Assembly (NCBI RefSeq): GCF_006345805.1
Contig: NC_043021.1
Coordinates: 10,292,001-10,356,000, forward strand
Reading direction: 5' to 3'
From: Octopus sinensis
Taxonomy: Eukaryota
Length of the DNA stretch: 64,000 nt
Part shown: positions 40,243-53,114 of the stretch, in pieces
Layout: every line of letters starts with the position of its first letter
Numbering within the stretch: the first letter of the stretch is position 1
The notes under the pieces: model-generated
The model's database searches: none
What the model saw: the letters and a program-made list of their open reading frames with translations, nothing else
What the model was told of the DNA's origin: nothing
Program-made: the position numbers and the translations under genes

Positions 40243-40936
40243 CGACGGGCTTCTTTCAGTTTCCGTCTACCAACTCCACTCACAAAGCTTTGGTCGGCCG
40301 AGGCTATAGTAGGAGACACTTGCCCAAGGTGCCATGCAGTGGGACTGAACCCGGAACCATGTGGTTGGTAAGCAAGCTACTTACCTATTTCTTTATTACC
40401 CACAAGGGGCTAAACACAGAGGGGACAAACAAGGACAGACATAGGTACTAAGTCGATTACATCGACCCCAGTGCGTAACTGGTACTTAATTTATCGACCC
40501 CGAAAGGATGAAAGGCAAAGTCGACCTCGGTGGAATTTGAACTCGGCGGAATGTGGTTGGTAAGCAAGCTACTTACCACACAGCCACTCCTGTGCCTGGA
40601 AACTTTTGTAATCCGTATTAATGTACAGACAGGAAGTTCAAATCTCGTGGCCGCCAGACAAGTTTACTGGGGCCTTCTTCAATATCTTTAATTTTGTTTT
40701 TTAATCTTTGACTCGTTTCAGTCTTTAGACTGCGGCCATGCTGGGGCACCACCTTAAAGAGATTTTAGTCGAATGAATCGACCCCGGTTCTTTCTTTAAG
40801 TCGGGTACTTATTCTATTGGTCTCCCTTTTGCCGAACCGCTAATTCACGGGGACGTAAACATACCAAAACCGATCGTCGAGCGGTGGGACGCAGGTAGGG
40901 GAGAAACCGGCATGAACACACACATAACGTGTGTGT

Positions 40937-40980
<44 letters not shown>

Positions 40981-41378
40981 TGTGTATGTGTGCGTGTAGA
41001 AGACGGATGGCTCAGTGGTTAGAGCGTAGGGTTCACAATCTTGGGGTAACGAGTTCGATTCCCGGACTGGGCTGTGTGCTGTGTTCTTGAGCAAGACACT
41101 TTATTTCATTTTGCTCCAGTTCACTCTGCTGTAGAAATGAGTTGCAGCATCACTGGTGCCAAGGTGTGTCGGCCCCTTTGCCTTTCCCTTGGATAACATT
41201 AGTGATGTGGAGAGGCGTAGTTGGTATGCATGGGTGACTGCTGGTCTTCCATAAACCTTTACCCTTTGTGTCAGTGAGGACGGGTTATCTCCCCTAGACC
41301 AGCTATTTGTGGGCTGGAAGAGAGTGGAACAAGGGATTTAGCCACAAAGAGGGATGGGGGTGTACTGTAATTTACATC

Positions 41379-41900
41379 TACCCTAAATCCTCGAGTATAA
41401 TCTGCATTTTCCCCAAAAAATTTAAAGGTCAAAATCCCTAGTGCGTACTATATACGAGGTTAAAAATGAAAAGATATTTCCTAAGCAATGTCCGAGTCTC
41501 TATTTGCTGTCCGGCAATGTTTATTCAGACACATTTTGTGATGTCGGGCGCGAAAATACCTTAAGCTAAGCCTGAAAGCAATGAAGTCATAAAAGAATCA
41601 TCCATAACTTGCAATAAGCAACGTTTATTAAATGTTATTACTGTTATTTCTTTATTTTCTGCAAACAAAATGCACAAAAAAGCTACACGTTTGCATTATG
41701 TTATATATATACAATAATAATAATAAAGGACGTTACCGTATACATTTTTACAAACCAGGGACATTATATAGTCCTCCTTGACTGAAGTTAGAGAAGGGGT
41801 GCATATTATACACAAGGTTTAGGTTTTTCAGAGGTACAGCCCCCTAAAAATCCCTTGCGTATTATACTGAAGGGCGGACTATACTCGAGGATTTACGGTA
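41379..41900. mobile_element. Tc1/pogo-type MITE, same family as 22150-22667
   Basis: Same TIRs and interior, opposite orientation. Confidence 0.85.
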
Positions 41901-42570
41901 AATGAAAAATTTTCAGAATTCGATAAATTATTATATTTTTGATATTTTTGCATATTTCAAGGCGTTTGTGGAGGCAAAAGATGAAGTCGCGGAAAGAAAC
42001 AGATTGAAGTCGTATTTTAGGATAATTTCAGCACAGTCAATTAAAAGCAAATTGAAGTAGATGTAATGGAACCTGTATTTTATTGCTAATAAATAAGAAG
42101 TGTTTTTTCTCTCCACTTTTTTCTATTTTTCATTGCGTTTGTGGAGACAGAAGATATTGTTGCATAGTTCTAAGATTTTAAACCAGTTATTTTGATGTCC
42201 ATTCACAACATTCGACACTACCCCTATCACAAAAGCGAAAATCACAAGAAAATGCTCCACTCTAATATATATCATCATCGTTTAACGTCCGCTTTCCAAG
42301 CTAGCATGGGTTGGACGATTTGACTGCAGACTCGTGAACCAGATGGCTACACTAGACTCCAATCTGATCTGGCTGAGTTTCTACAGCTGGATGTCCTTCC
42401 TAATGTCAACTACTCTGGGGGTGTAGTGGGTGCTTTTACGTGCCACTGGCACGGAGGCCAGCTAGGCGGTACTGGCAATGACCTCGCTCGAATCTTTTTA
42501 CACAAGCCACTGGCACAGGTGCCAGTAAGGCGACGCTGGTAACGATCACGTTCGAATGGTGCATACATAC

Positions 42571-42609
<39 letters not shown>

Positions 42610-42639
42610 AAATAAGAAAATGGAGAAATACATCTAAAT

Positions 42640-43912
42640 ATCATCATCATCATCATCATCATCATTTAGCGTCCGTTTGCCATGCTAGCATGGGTTGAAC
42701 GGTTTAACTGGGGTCTGTGAAGCCGGAAGGCTTCATCAGGCCCAGTCAGATTTGGCAGTGTTTCTACGGCTTGATGCCCTTCCTAACGCCAACCACTCCG
42801 TGAGTGTAGTGGGTGCTTTTTACGTGCCACCTGCACAGGTGCTAGACAGAGCTGGCAAACGGCCACGAACGGATGGTGTTTTTACGTGCCACGCGAGGCT
42901 GGCAATGGACATGAACGGATGGTGTTTCTACGTGCTACCAGCACGGGGGCCAGGTGAGGCTGGCAACGGACACGAACGGATGGTGCTTTTACGTGCTACC
43001 AGCACGGGGGCCAGGCGAAGCTGGCAACGGACATGAGCGGATGGTGCTTTTACGTGCCAACGGCACGGGGGCCAGGCGAGGCTGGCAACGGACAAACGAT
43101 CGGATGGTTCGCTTAACCACAGCTGCAATTTCCACTGATGTTGATTTGGTTTGATTTTGACTGTTCTCACTGGTCTTGCCGGGTCTTCTCACGCACAGCA
43201 TACTTCCATAGGTCTCGGTCTCTAGTCATTTCCTTGGTGAGACCTAAAGTTTGAAGGTCGTGCTTCACCACCTCGTCCCAGGTTTTCCTGGGTCTACCTC
43301 TTCCACAGGTTCCCTCAACTGCTAGAGTGTGGCACTTTTGCACACAACTATCTTCACCCATTCTCGTCACATGCCCATACCAGCGCAGACGTCTCTCTTG
43401 CACACCACAACTGATGCTTCTTAGGTCCAACTTTTCTCTCAAGGTACTTACACTCTGTCGATTATGAACACTGACATTACACATCCATCGGAGCATACTG
43501 GCTTCATTTCTTGCGAGCTTACACATATCCTCAGCAGTCACAGCCCATGTTTCACTACCATGTAGCATGGCTGTACGTACACATGCATCATACAGTCTGC
43601 CTTTTACTCTGAGCGAGAGGCCTTTTGTCACCAGCAGGGGTAAGAGCTCTCTAAACTTAGCCCAGGCTATTCTTACTCTAGCAGTTACACTTTCAGCACA
43701 CCTACCACCGCTACTGACTTGGTCACCTAGGTAGCGGAAGCTATCAACTACTTCTAGTTTTTCTCCCTGGAATGTGGTAGACGTTGGTCTCTGCACATTT
43801 TCAGTGTTTATTGCTCCTGAGCATCTGCCACAGACAAAAACTATTTTCCTAGTTAGCCTTCCTTTGACATTGCTACACCTCTTATGTGTCCATAGCTTGC
43901 ACTTGGTGCACC
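42640..43912 (-). mobile_element. 5'-truncated RTE-clade LINE (RT C-terminus plus 3' UTR with tandem repeats and (GAT)n tail)
   Basis: ORF LEVVDSFRYLG...GSETW...RRLRWYGHVTRM...GRGRPRKTWDEVV. 3' UTR has ~55-62 bp repeats. 3'UTR-only copies at ~42275-42560, 44575-44995, 47360-47690 and 57840-58155. Confidence 0.9.
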
Positions 43913-43913
43913 T

Positions 43914-43944
<31 letters not shown>

Positions 43945-45337
43945 AGATAGGGGTTGTAAATTCAACCTCCATGGGATAACATATATCCAATATACTGCTA
44001 GAGAAGTACCCAACAAAGCTAATACATAAATGTTAAGAATTGCGATGCAATTAATTCATTTACTGTATTATGTGGGCAAAGGTAAAATTATTTTTACCAT
44101 AAATTAATAATACAAAATAAGAAAATGGAGAAATATATCTAAATCATTCATCAACTATCAGATAATACCGAATCATATACTTTATTAAAACACTACACAA
44201 GAGCATTAAGATATAACTAAATAAATATAACAAGATATAAAAATACATAAGTATTATTAGTAATGATGTTGTTAGTAGTAAGAATATTGATATTGATAAC
44301 ATTATTGTTATTGATAACGGTATTGGTATTAGCATTATTGACTTTTTGTAAAGTAACACAAATTAATATAATGAACTGTTTACTATATATGTCTGCATTA
44401 AGTATGAATATATCTGTTGTAATTTCTTAATATTAGTTGAGGAACTGTAACATTCAATATAGAACATTATTATGTTTATTGATATATATTGATTTATATT
44501 ATTTATATTATTATGTATATGTATATGTGTATATATATAAGGATATGAGTATATATGCACTCATATATATATTTATCATGGCCGTAGCCAGTACCGCATC
44601 GACTGGCCTCCGTGCTGTGGGCACGTAACAAACACCATCCGATCGTGGCCGTTCACCAGCCTCGTCTGGCACCTGTGTCGGTGGCACATAAAAAACACCA
44701 TCCGAGCATGGCCGTTCGCCAGCCTCGTCTGGTACCTGTGTCGGTGGCACATAGAAAACACCATCCGAGCGTGGCCGTTCGCCAGCCTCGTCTGGCACCT
44801 GTGTCGGTGGCACATAAAATCACCAACTACACTCTCGGAGTGGTTGTCGTTAGGAAGGGCATCCAGCTGTAGAAACACTGCCAGATCTGACTGGCCTGGT
44901 GCAGCCTTCGGGCTCCCCAGACCCCAGTTGAACCGTCCAACCCATGCTAGCATGGAAAGCAGACGTTAAACGATGATGATGATGATGATGATGTAAATGA
45001 TTTTTGGGTATGTACTCATACTTACATTAGAATCTCCGAAGAGGCCATAAGATATTTTTGTTAATGTCTCATTTATACCTGCAATATATGGCTAATATAG
45101 GTTAAATGAGACATACCTATCTGCATGGCCGAAACAGCTGTCAGTTATAATGTATATGTATTTTTATATCTTGTTATATTTATTTAGTTATATCTCATTA
45201 TATTGATTGTAATTATTGTACTGTATTAATGTCTAATCTTAATGCTCTTGTGTAGTGTTTTAATAAAGTATATGATTCGGTATTATCTGATAGTTGATGA
45301 ATGATTTAGATATATTTCTCCATTTTCTTATTTTGTA

Positions 45338-45375
<38 letters not shown>

Positions 45376-46249
45376 TATGAGCTTCCTTCAGTTTCTGTCT
45401 CCAAATCCACTCACAAGGCTTTGGTCAGCTTGAGACTATAGCAGAAGACACTTGCCCAAGGTGTCAGGATGTAGGACTGAACCCAGAACCATGTGGTTGG
45501 GAAACAAGCTTGTTACCACACAGCCATAATCATTTAAACTAATGTACAGGTACCTGTATTTCGTTTATTTATTTAATTAAATTTAGTATTAGTGATTTGT
45601 TAACAATGCTTGTTTCAAGCAGTAAATGCTGCAAATTTGTTTCGTATTTCTTTATTGCCCACCAGGGGCCAAACACAGAGGGGACAAACAAGGACAGACA
45701 AACAGATTAAGTCGATTACATCAACCCCAGTGCATAACTTGTACTTAATTTATCGACCCCAAAAGGATGAAAGGCAAAGTCGACCTCGTTGGAATTTGAA
45801 CTCAGAACGTAATGGTAGATGAAATACTGCTAAACATTTCACTCTGCATGCTAACGTTTCTGCCCTTCCTAATGCCAACCACTCTGGATAACAAATCAAG
45901 ATGTGGAGTCCTTCAGTCAGTCTGGTGCCCTCTTTTATACCATTTAGCAACTCCAGGATAGGTGGAACTCACCAGCCCTCTGAAACAATTCACTTAAGAG
46001 AAAAAGCCACCCCAATGTAAAACCTACAGCCTGCTGGTCACTGCAGTCATCACAGCCCATTGAGTCACTGTAGTCAGACATGGAAGTCTAAAGAGTAGGA
46101 TCAGATTAAGCAGACTGGCACCGCTTTTAAAACTACTAAATGCAGGCAAGAAGAAAAGTCCTGCAGCACAATGGAGCAATTTACATAACCACTTAAAAAC
46201 AAGCCATTCTTTCCCATGAATACATATATGTATATATACATATATGTAT

Positions 46250-46455
46250 ATATAACTGTTCGTCAGTGTTAGATGAGGAATTCCTTGGATGGTCTGGTCT
46301 TATCCGGTTTGTTGTGTTGTTATTGCAATATTCTGTGGCTGTTTTGGATTGTAGTAGATAACTGTGGTGGTTAATCTATTATATTATCGTCGTGTAAGTT
46401 GAATGAAAGGAAAAACTTGCTAGTTTGTCAGTAAGTATTGAGCAAAGTGTTGAGG
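46250..46455 (-). repeat. Unclassified ~200-bp dispersed repeat; inverted copy at 49385-49590
   Basis: Reverse complement matches CCTCAACACTTT...CCAAGGAATTCCTCATCTAACAC.GACGAACAGTTATA; ends in (TA)n. Confidence 0.8.
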
Positions 46456-46830
46456 GTAGTTTTACAAGGAAGTGTTAATAGTGAAACATCTTTGCTGGAA
46501 GAACAGTTGAACTTATTCATCAATATTCAACTAAAGTACATTTAATTTTATAAAAGTTTCATTGTAATGGCAGGTATGATATCTGTACTATAAGTTTAAT
46601 CAATATAATTTTACATTATACCAATAATGTGTTTTTTTTTATTCCTATTGACTTAACAGTGCAATCTTTTAAGTGCTTGACACAGTTTTGTATTGAGGAA
46701 ACTTCTGAGCTGCACTTTTCTAAGAATTCCATGTTAATAGCAAGTGTTTATTGTTTGACCCTGTATCATTTTGTTGTGTATCAAACACAAAAGATGGGAA
46801 AATATTCACATGCTAGCTTGAGTTGTAGTC
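46456..46830 (-). pseudogene. Orphan paralogous protease promoter/upstream region (gene body not found)
   Basis: Aligns by eye with 38881-39270 (upstream of C). E-box is CAACTG and TATA is TGTAAAA, with the same 37-nt spacing. Truncated by a repeat ~10 nt past the TATA position. Confidence 0.7.
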
Positions 46831-48912
46831 TTTTCCATCTGTCATTTTCTGACTCCCTGTTACTCTTTTACTTGTCTCAGTCATTTGACTGTGGCCATGC
46901 TGGAGTACCACCTTTAGTCGAGTAAATCAACCCCAGGACTTATTCTTTGTAAACCTAGTACATATTCTATTTGTCTCTTTTGCCAAACCGCTAAGTTACA
47001 CGGACGGTTGTCAAGCGATGTTGGAGGGACAAACACAGACACACACATATATATATACACATATATATGACAGGCTTCTTTCAGTTTCCATCTACCAAAT
47101 CCACTCACAAGGCTTTGGTCAGCCTGAGGCTATAGTAGAAGACACTTGTCCAAGGTACCATGCAGTGGGACTGAACCTGGAGCCATGTGGTTCATAAGCA
47201 AGCTACTCCTATGCCTATATGTAAAGAAAACGTTGTTGTAGGAATGTACGCAGCACGTGTACTACAGCAATACTATGCGTAACTTAAATACCGAGATTGA
47301 AAGGCAGGGGCAAATTGTGCCTACTTAATCTACAAAAAAATAAAATATTTTGTATTTTCATCATCATCATGATCATGATCATGATCATCATCATTTAGCG
47401 TCCGCTTTCCATGCTAGCATGGGTTGGACGGTTCAACTGGGGTCTGGGAAGCCAGAAGGCTGCATCAGGCCCAGTCTGATCTGGCAGTGTTTCTATGGCT
47501 GGATGCCCTTCCTAACGCCAACCACTCCGTGAGTGTAGTGGGTGCTTTTTACGTGCCACCCGTACAGATGCCAGACGGGGCTGGCAAACGGCCACAGTCG
47601 GATGGTGCTTTTTACATGCCACCGGCATGGGGGCCAAGCGAGGCTGGCAACGGCCATGATCGGATGGTGCTTTTTACGTGCCACCGGCATTAATTAGAGT
47701 AACCTTCATAATTTTATTGAATTTGGTGCATATTTTGCCATAAAAGGAAAATGTTACTATAGATTTATTTTCTTCAAGGTAGGCCCTGCCTACCTTGCCT
47801 ACCTAGGCAGCATGTCCCTGATTCAAATGTACAAGAAACGAAAAACATGTGATATGTGTGTGTGTAAATGTGGTTTAGTGGTTAGAGCATTTGGCTTGTG
47901 ATCATAGAGTTGTGAGTTCGATTCCCAGCAGCACATCGTGTCCTTGAGCAAGACACTTTATTTCACGTTGCTCCAGTCCACTTAGCTAGCAAAAAATGAG
48001 TAGTTACTGCATTTCAAGGTGCCAGCCTTGTCATACTCTGAGTATTTCGTCTGTCTTTACATTCTGAGTTAAAATTCCGCCGAATTTCTTGCTTAATTCT
48101 CGAATGGCCGTGTGGTAAGTAGCTTGTTTACCAACCACATGATTCCGGGTTCAGTCCCACTGCGTGGCACCTTGGGCAAGTGTCTTTTATTATAGCCTCG
48201 GGCCGACCAAAGCCTTGTGAGTGGATTTGGTAGACGGAAACTGAAAGAAGCCCGTCGTATATATGTATATATATATATATATGCGCGTGTGTGTTTGTGT
48301 GTCTGTGTTTGTTCCCTTAGCATTGCTTGACAACCGATGCTGGTGTGTTTATGTCCCCGTTACTTAGCGGTTTGGCAATAAGAGACCGATAGAATAAGTA
48401 CTGGGCTTACAAAAGAATAAGTCCCGGGGTCGAGTTGCTCGATTAAAGGTGGTGCTCCAGCATAGCCGCAGTCAAATGACTGAAACAAGTAAAAGAGTAA
48501 TGGACTACCTTTAACATATTGTCATGCCAGTAAATATGCTTAATGCGAGAAAAATATTAAAAAAAAAACATCAGGACATCTCAGAATGACAAAGAAATGA
48601 GGAAGGTATCAGGTGGTCGTGAGTTGTGCTAAAAGTAACAGTTAAATCGCACACAAGAAAACCTTTTTCATTATCGTATGAATTCCCGCGCGTGAAGAAC
48701 ATAAATTCGCAAAAAATTACCGAAAATTCCACCAAAATAAAAATTAAGTTATAAGAAGATTATATGGGGGGGTGCTTAAATTAAAATTCTATAGCAGTGT
48801 TTGCTTAATCTTTATTAATCCACTTGGAAACCATTTTTAACACCACAGTATGCAAATTAAACTGGTAAATTAACCAACTTCAAAAATAAGGTACTGTACA
48901 GAATATTGCACG

Positions 48913-49133
48913 CAATATTGTAAAAGTATTTCCGGATTTCTGGAAGCCGGATAACGTGTTCGACTCGGCAATATTGTAAAGTATTTCCGGATTTCTGGAA
49001 GCCGGATAACGTGTTCGACTCGGCAATATTGTAAAGTATTTCCGGATTTCTGGAAGCCGGATAACGTGTTCGACTCGGCAATATTGTAAAGTATTTCCGG
49101 ATTTCTGGAAGCCGGATAACGTGTTCGACTCGG
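48913..49133. repeat. 55-bp minisatellite, 4 copies
   Basis: Units start at 48913, 48969, 49024 and 49079. Confidence 0.97.
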
Positions 49134-49203
49134 CATTTCGCTTCGTACTTATTCAATTTCTTCCGAAATATAAAATCTCTTCTTACCCATAATTCCACTG
49201 CGA

Positions 49204-49318
49204 TGACGTCACATCCACGCTTTAATTTGATTTGTTGGGTTTTTTTTTTACTTTTACTTGTTGGTTTTGTTTTTCTTTTATTATACTTGTTTGTTACATT
49301 ACGTCACGTCACTTCCGC
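49204..49318. promoter_or_regulatory. CRE plus ETS-CRE composite motif upstream of SSU72
   Basis: TGACGTCA 49204-49211; minus strand GCGGAAGTGACGTGACGT 49318-49301; locally CpG-rich; ~950 bp upstream of the SSU72 ATG. Confidence 0.55.
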
Positions 49319-50264
49319 TCTCCACTAAATACGGATTTCATTTCAACATTCGTCCTTCTTAGTAATGGGGTACAAGGAATCATTCCTCAACACTTTACTG
49401 GCAAACTAGCAAGTTTTTTTCCCTTTCATTCAACTCACACGACGATAACACAATAGATTAACCACCACAGTTCTCCACTACAATCCAAAAACAGCCACAG
49501 AATATCGCAATAACAACACAAACAGCCCGGACAAGACAAGACCAGACCATCCAAGGAATTCCTCATCTAACACCGACGAACAGTTATATATATATACATA
49601 TATGTATAAGACTTTGGTATATATATGTGTGATTGTATGTGTTGCTAGATAGATATATAAATATATATATAATTTATTTAGGTTGAAGACTATATTGAAT
49701 TTGTAATTCTTAAAATTCCGTGTTTTTTTCCCATTCCCCCCACCCTTCCTCTTTAGTTTCTGTTCTTCTCCCCCCCCCTTCCTGTATATCCTGTTTATTC
49801 CTTTCAAAGTCACCAGGAAAACAAATCTATACATATGTTTATATATACATATATATATATGTATATATACCACAACACTGTAAATAGTTGAAGTACAACA
49901 CCGTATATATATAATTAAGCTACAACACCATACACACACATATCTAGATATTTATTTAAAACCTCAACACTGAAAGTCACAGCCATATATTAAGGTCAAC
50001 CCAGTATATTGACCCTACCCCCATACACTTAATTTTTGCTGTCAACACACCTATATAATCACACATATATTCAAGGAGTCATTTTTGTAAAGAGGCAAAA
50101 TTTAAAATCAGTTGGAGCTTGCTTGGAAAGTTCTTTATCTTTTTTTTTTTTTAAAAGTTTGTTTTATTTTTCCACATTTATATATATATATATATATATC
50201 TACATATATATAGAGATATATATACATATATATACACTCAGACACAGAGGGAAAGAAAGCCAAG

Positions 50265-50341
50265 ATGACAGGCAAATTGTGTGTAGCAGTAGTTTGTTCC
50301 AGCAACCAGAACCGGAGTATGGAAGCACATAGTTTTCTCAG
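50265..50341 (+). CDS. SSU72: RNA polymerase II CTD phosphatase Ssu72, first coding exon
   Basis: ATG ACA GGC...CTC AG|gtaatc translates to MTGKLCVAVVCSSNQNRSMEAHSFL(S). This matches the Ssu72 N-terminus (VAVVCSSNxNRSMEAH, with the CX5R catalytic loop). Too short for the ORF track. Exon 2 was not found in the window. Confidence 0.93.
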
Positions 50342-50409
50342 GTAATCATATAGATAAAATAACTACAGCAAACTAAAAACGAAAATGTTGAAAATGTATT
50401 TGTGTATGT

Positions 50410-51179
50410 AATATGTATGTGTGTAATGTGTGTGTGTTTATAAATGTATATATATATATATATATATATATCGTGCATCTATAAACATACAGATGTGTGT
50501 ATGTATGTATATATATATATATGTATATATATATGTATGTATATATGTATGTATATATGTATGTATATATGTATGTATATATGTATGTATGTATATATGT
50601 ATGTATATATGTATGTATGTATATATGTATGTATATATGTATGTATATATGTATGTATATATGTATATATATGTGTGTATGTATGTATATATATATGTAC
50701 GTATGTATATGTACGTATGTATATGTACGTATGTGTATGTACGTATGTGTATGTACGTATGTGTATGTACGTATGTGTATGTACGTATGTGTATGTACGT
50801 ATGTGTATGTACGTATGTGTATGTACGTATGTGTATGTACGTATGTGTGTACGTATGTGTGTACGTATGTGTGTGTACGTATGTGTGTGTACGTATGTGT
50901 GTGTACGTATGTGTGTGTACGTATGTGTGTGTACGTATGTGTGTGTACGTATGTGTGTATACGTATGTATGTATACGTATGTATGTGTATGTAACTTTTT
51001 TTGTGTGTTGTATGATGGTGTGTGCTGTATGTGTATATGTATGTATGTATATGTATGTAAGTATATGTATGTATGTATATGTATGTAAGTATATGTATGT
51101 ATGTATGTATGTGTATATATGTATGTATGTATGTATGTGTATATATGTATGTATATATGTATGTGTATATATGTATGTG

Positions 51180-51243
<64 letters not shown>

Positions 51244-51891
51244 TTGTATGTATATATGTATGTATATATGTATGTATATATGTATGTATTATATGTATGT
51301 ATATATGTATGTATATAATATGTATATATGTATGTAGATCTATATGTATATTGTGGTATATATATAGATATATGTATGTATATATATTATATATGTATGT
51401 ATATATGTATGTATATATATATGTATATATATATGTATATATGTATGTATATATATATGTATGTATATATATATGTATGTATATAATATGTATGTATATA
51501 TATATGTATGTTATATATGTATGTATATATATGTATGTATGTATGTATGTATATATATGTCTGTATGTCTATGTATGTATGATCTGTATCTATGTATATG
51601 TATGTATGTATTATGTATGTATGTGTATGTCATGTATATGTATGTATGTATATGTATGTATGTATATGTATGTATGTATATGGTATGTATATATGTATGT
51701 ATGTATATGTATGTATGTATCTATATGATATTTAGATATGTTGTATGTATGTATGATAGTATGTATGTATATGTATGTATGTATATGTTTGTATTGTAAT
51801 AGATGTATGTATATGTATGTATGTATATGTATGTGTATGTATATGTGTATGTATGTGTATGTATGTATGTGTAGTATGTATATGATGTATG

Positions 51892-51926
<35 letters not shown>

Positions 51927-52125
51927 GTTATGTAATATATACATGTATATATGTATATATGTATATGTATATATATGTATATATGTATATTATATTACAT
52001 GTATATATATGTATATATGTATCTATATATACATGTATATATGTATATATATCTACATGTGTATATATGTATATTATATATATATGTATATATATGTATA
52101 TATATAATATATACACATGTATATA
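50410..52125. repeat. ~1.7 kb compound TA/TG/TATG microsatellite in SSU72 intron 1
   Basis: Low-complexity tract with an internal 14-bp TATGTACGTATGTG run at ~50695-50975. Confidence 0.95.
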
Positions 52126-53081
52126 TACCACACGTATGTTCGTTTTATTTACTGCTAATTCATTTTTTTTGTCACGAATCTCTTTATATTGGTTAAATTT
52201 GGTGCTTATGATGGTCCAACGACTGAAACCATTAAAAATAAAAAGAAAATGGTGTTTGTCTTTGTCTTGAATTAATACTTTATAGTCCATGTACCAGAGT
52301 ATTAGGAATTTATCGTTTATATAAAAGGGTGATCTATTTTTGAAATTTTGTTTTAGGTGCATGGTTCTGCGGGATTTAAATAACGATAAGATTATTTATT
52401 TCTCTCCACGTTTCTCAAAATCTTTCATAAATATTTTATTCCCCTTCTGTTTATTATTATTATTATTATTTGCTAATTAATCTCAATTTTTATTTCTCAC
52501 TCTCTTAATTCATACAGAAAAAAAAAATAGTTAAAAAATGGGTCAATGTTTACTTTAACACCCGGCCACCAAGCAAAAAAATAAAAGTGTAATAAGCGTA
52601 AAAAAAAAATGTTTATTAAACGAATATGAAAATAATAATTTGTGATAACGAACGGTTTGGGGAGAGGACTTTCGGAAATTTCACAAGAACCGATTTTTTT
52701 CCCCTCATAACTTTTAGGAAAACGGATATCTTTTATTGAAATTTTGTATAAATACATTTCAAACGGCATAGATTGCGATTATAAAGAAATTTGTGGGGAA
52801 TATTTTTGTTTTCGAGGTGGTGAGGAGAGGATTTTCGAAGAGAAATTTATAAATTATTTTTTTGCTTGAGTGTAATGGGGGAAAAAGTTTTAAAAAAATT
52901 AGATTAATTCATTTTTCATTTGAGTAATAGAAAAAGGTTTTTAAAAAGATCCCATGAATCATGGTGAGAGAAACAAATTCATAAATACGATGTTGAATGT
53001 GGTTTCACTATGGGAAAAAAGTTAAGGGCGATTTAGCTGTGTTTTAGCACATCTCCACCGTTGGGATCTTTTGCAATATAT

Positions 53082-53114
<33 letters not shown>

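Noticed and set aside
41931-42116. 61-aa hydrophobic ORF as an exon of a hidden minus-strand gene
   Set aside because: No recognisable homology or partner exons; AT-rich sequence gives such ORFs by chance.
39300-46250. Body of a fourth protease gene
   Set aside because: Searched by eye for signal-peptide, TAAHC, NDIAIL and GDSGG exons on both strands and found none.
50430-51728. 432-aa ORF and overlapping M/Y/V/C-rich ORFs
   Set aside because: Translations of TATG/TA/TG microsatellite. The same applies to ORFs at about 8306-8812, 10100-10722, 18058-18535, 23033-23911 and 31566-32199.
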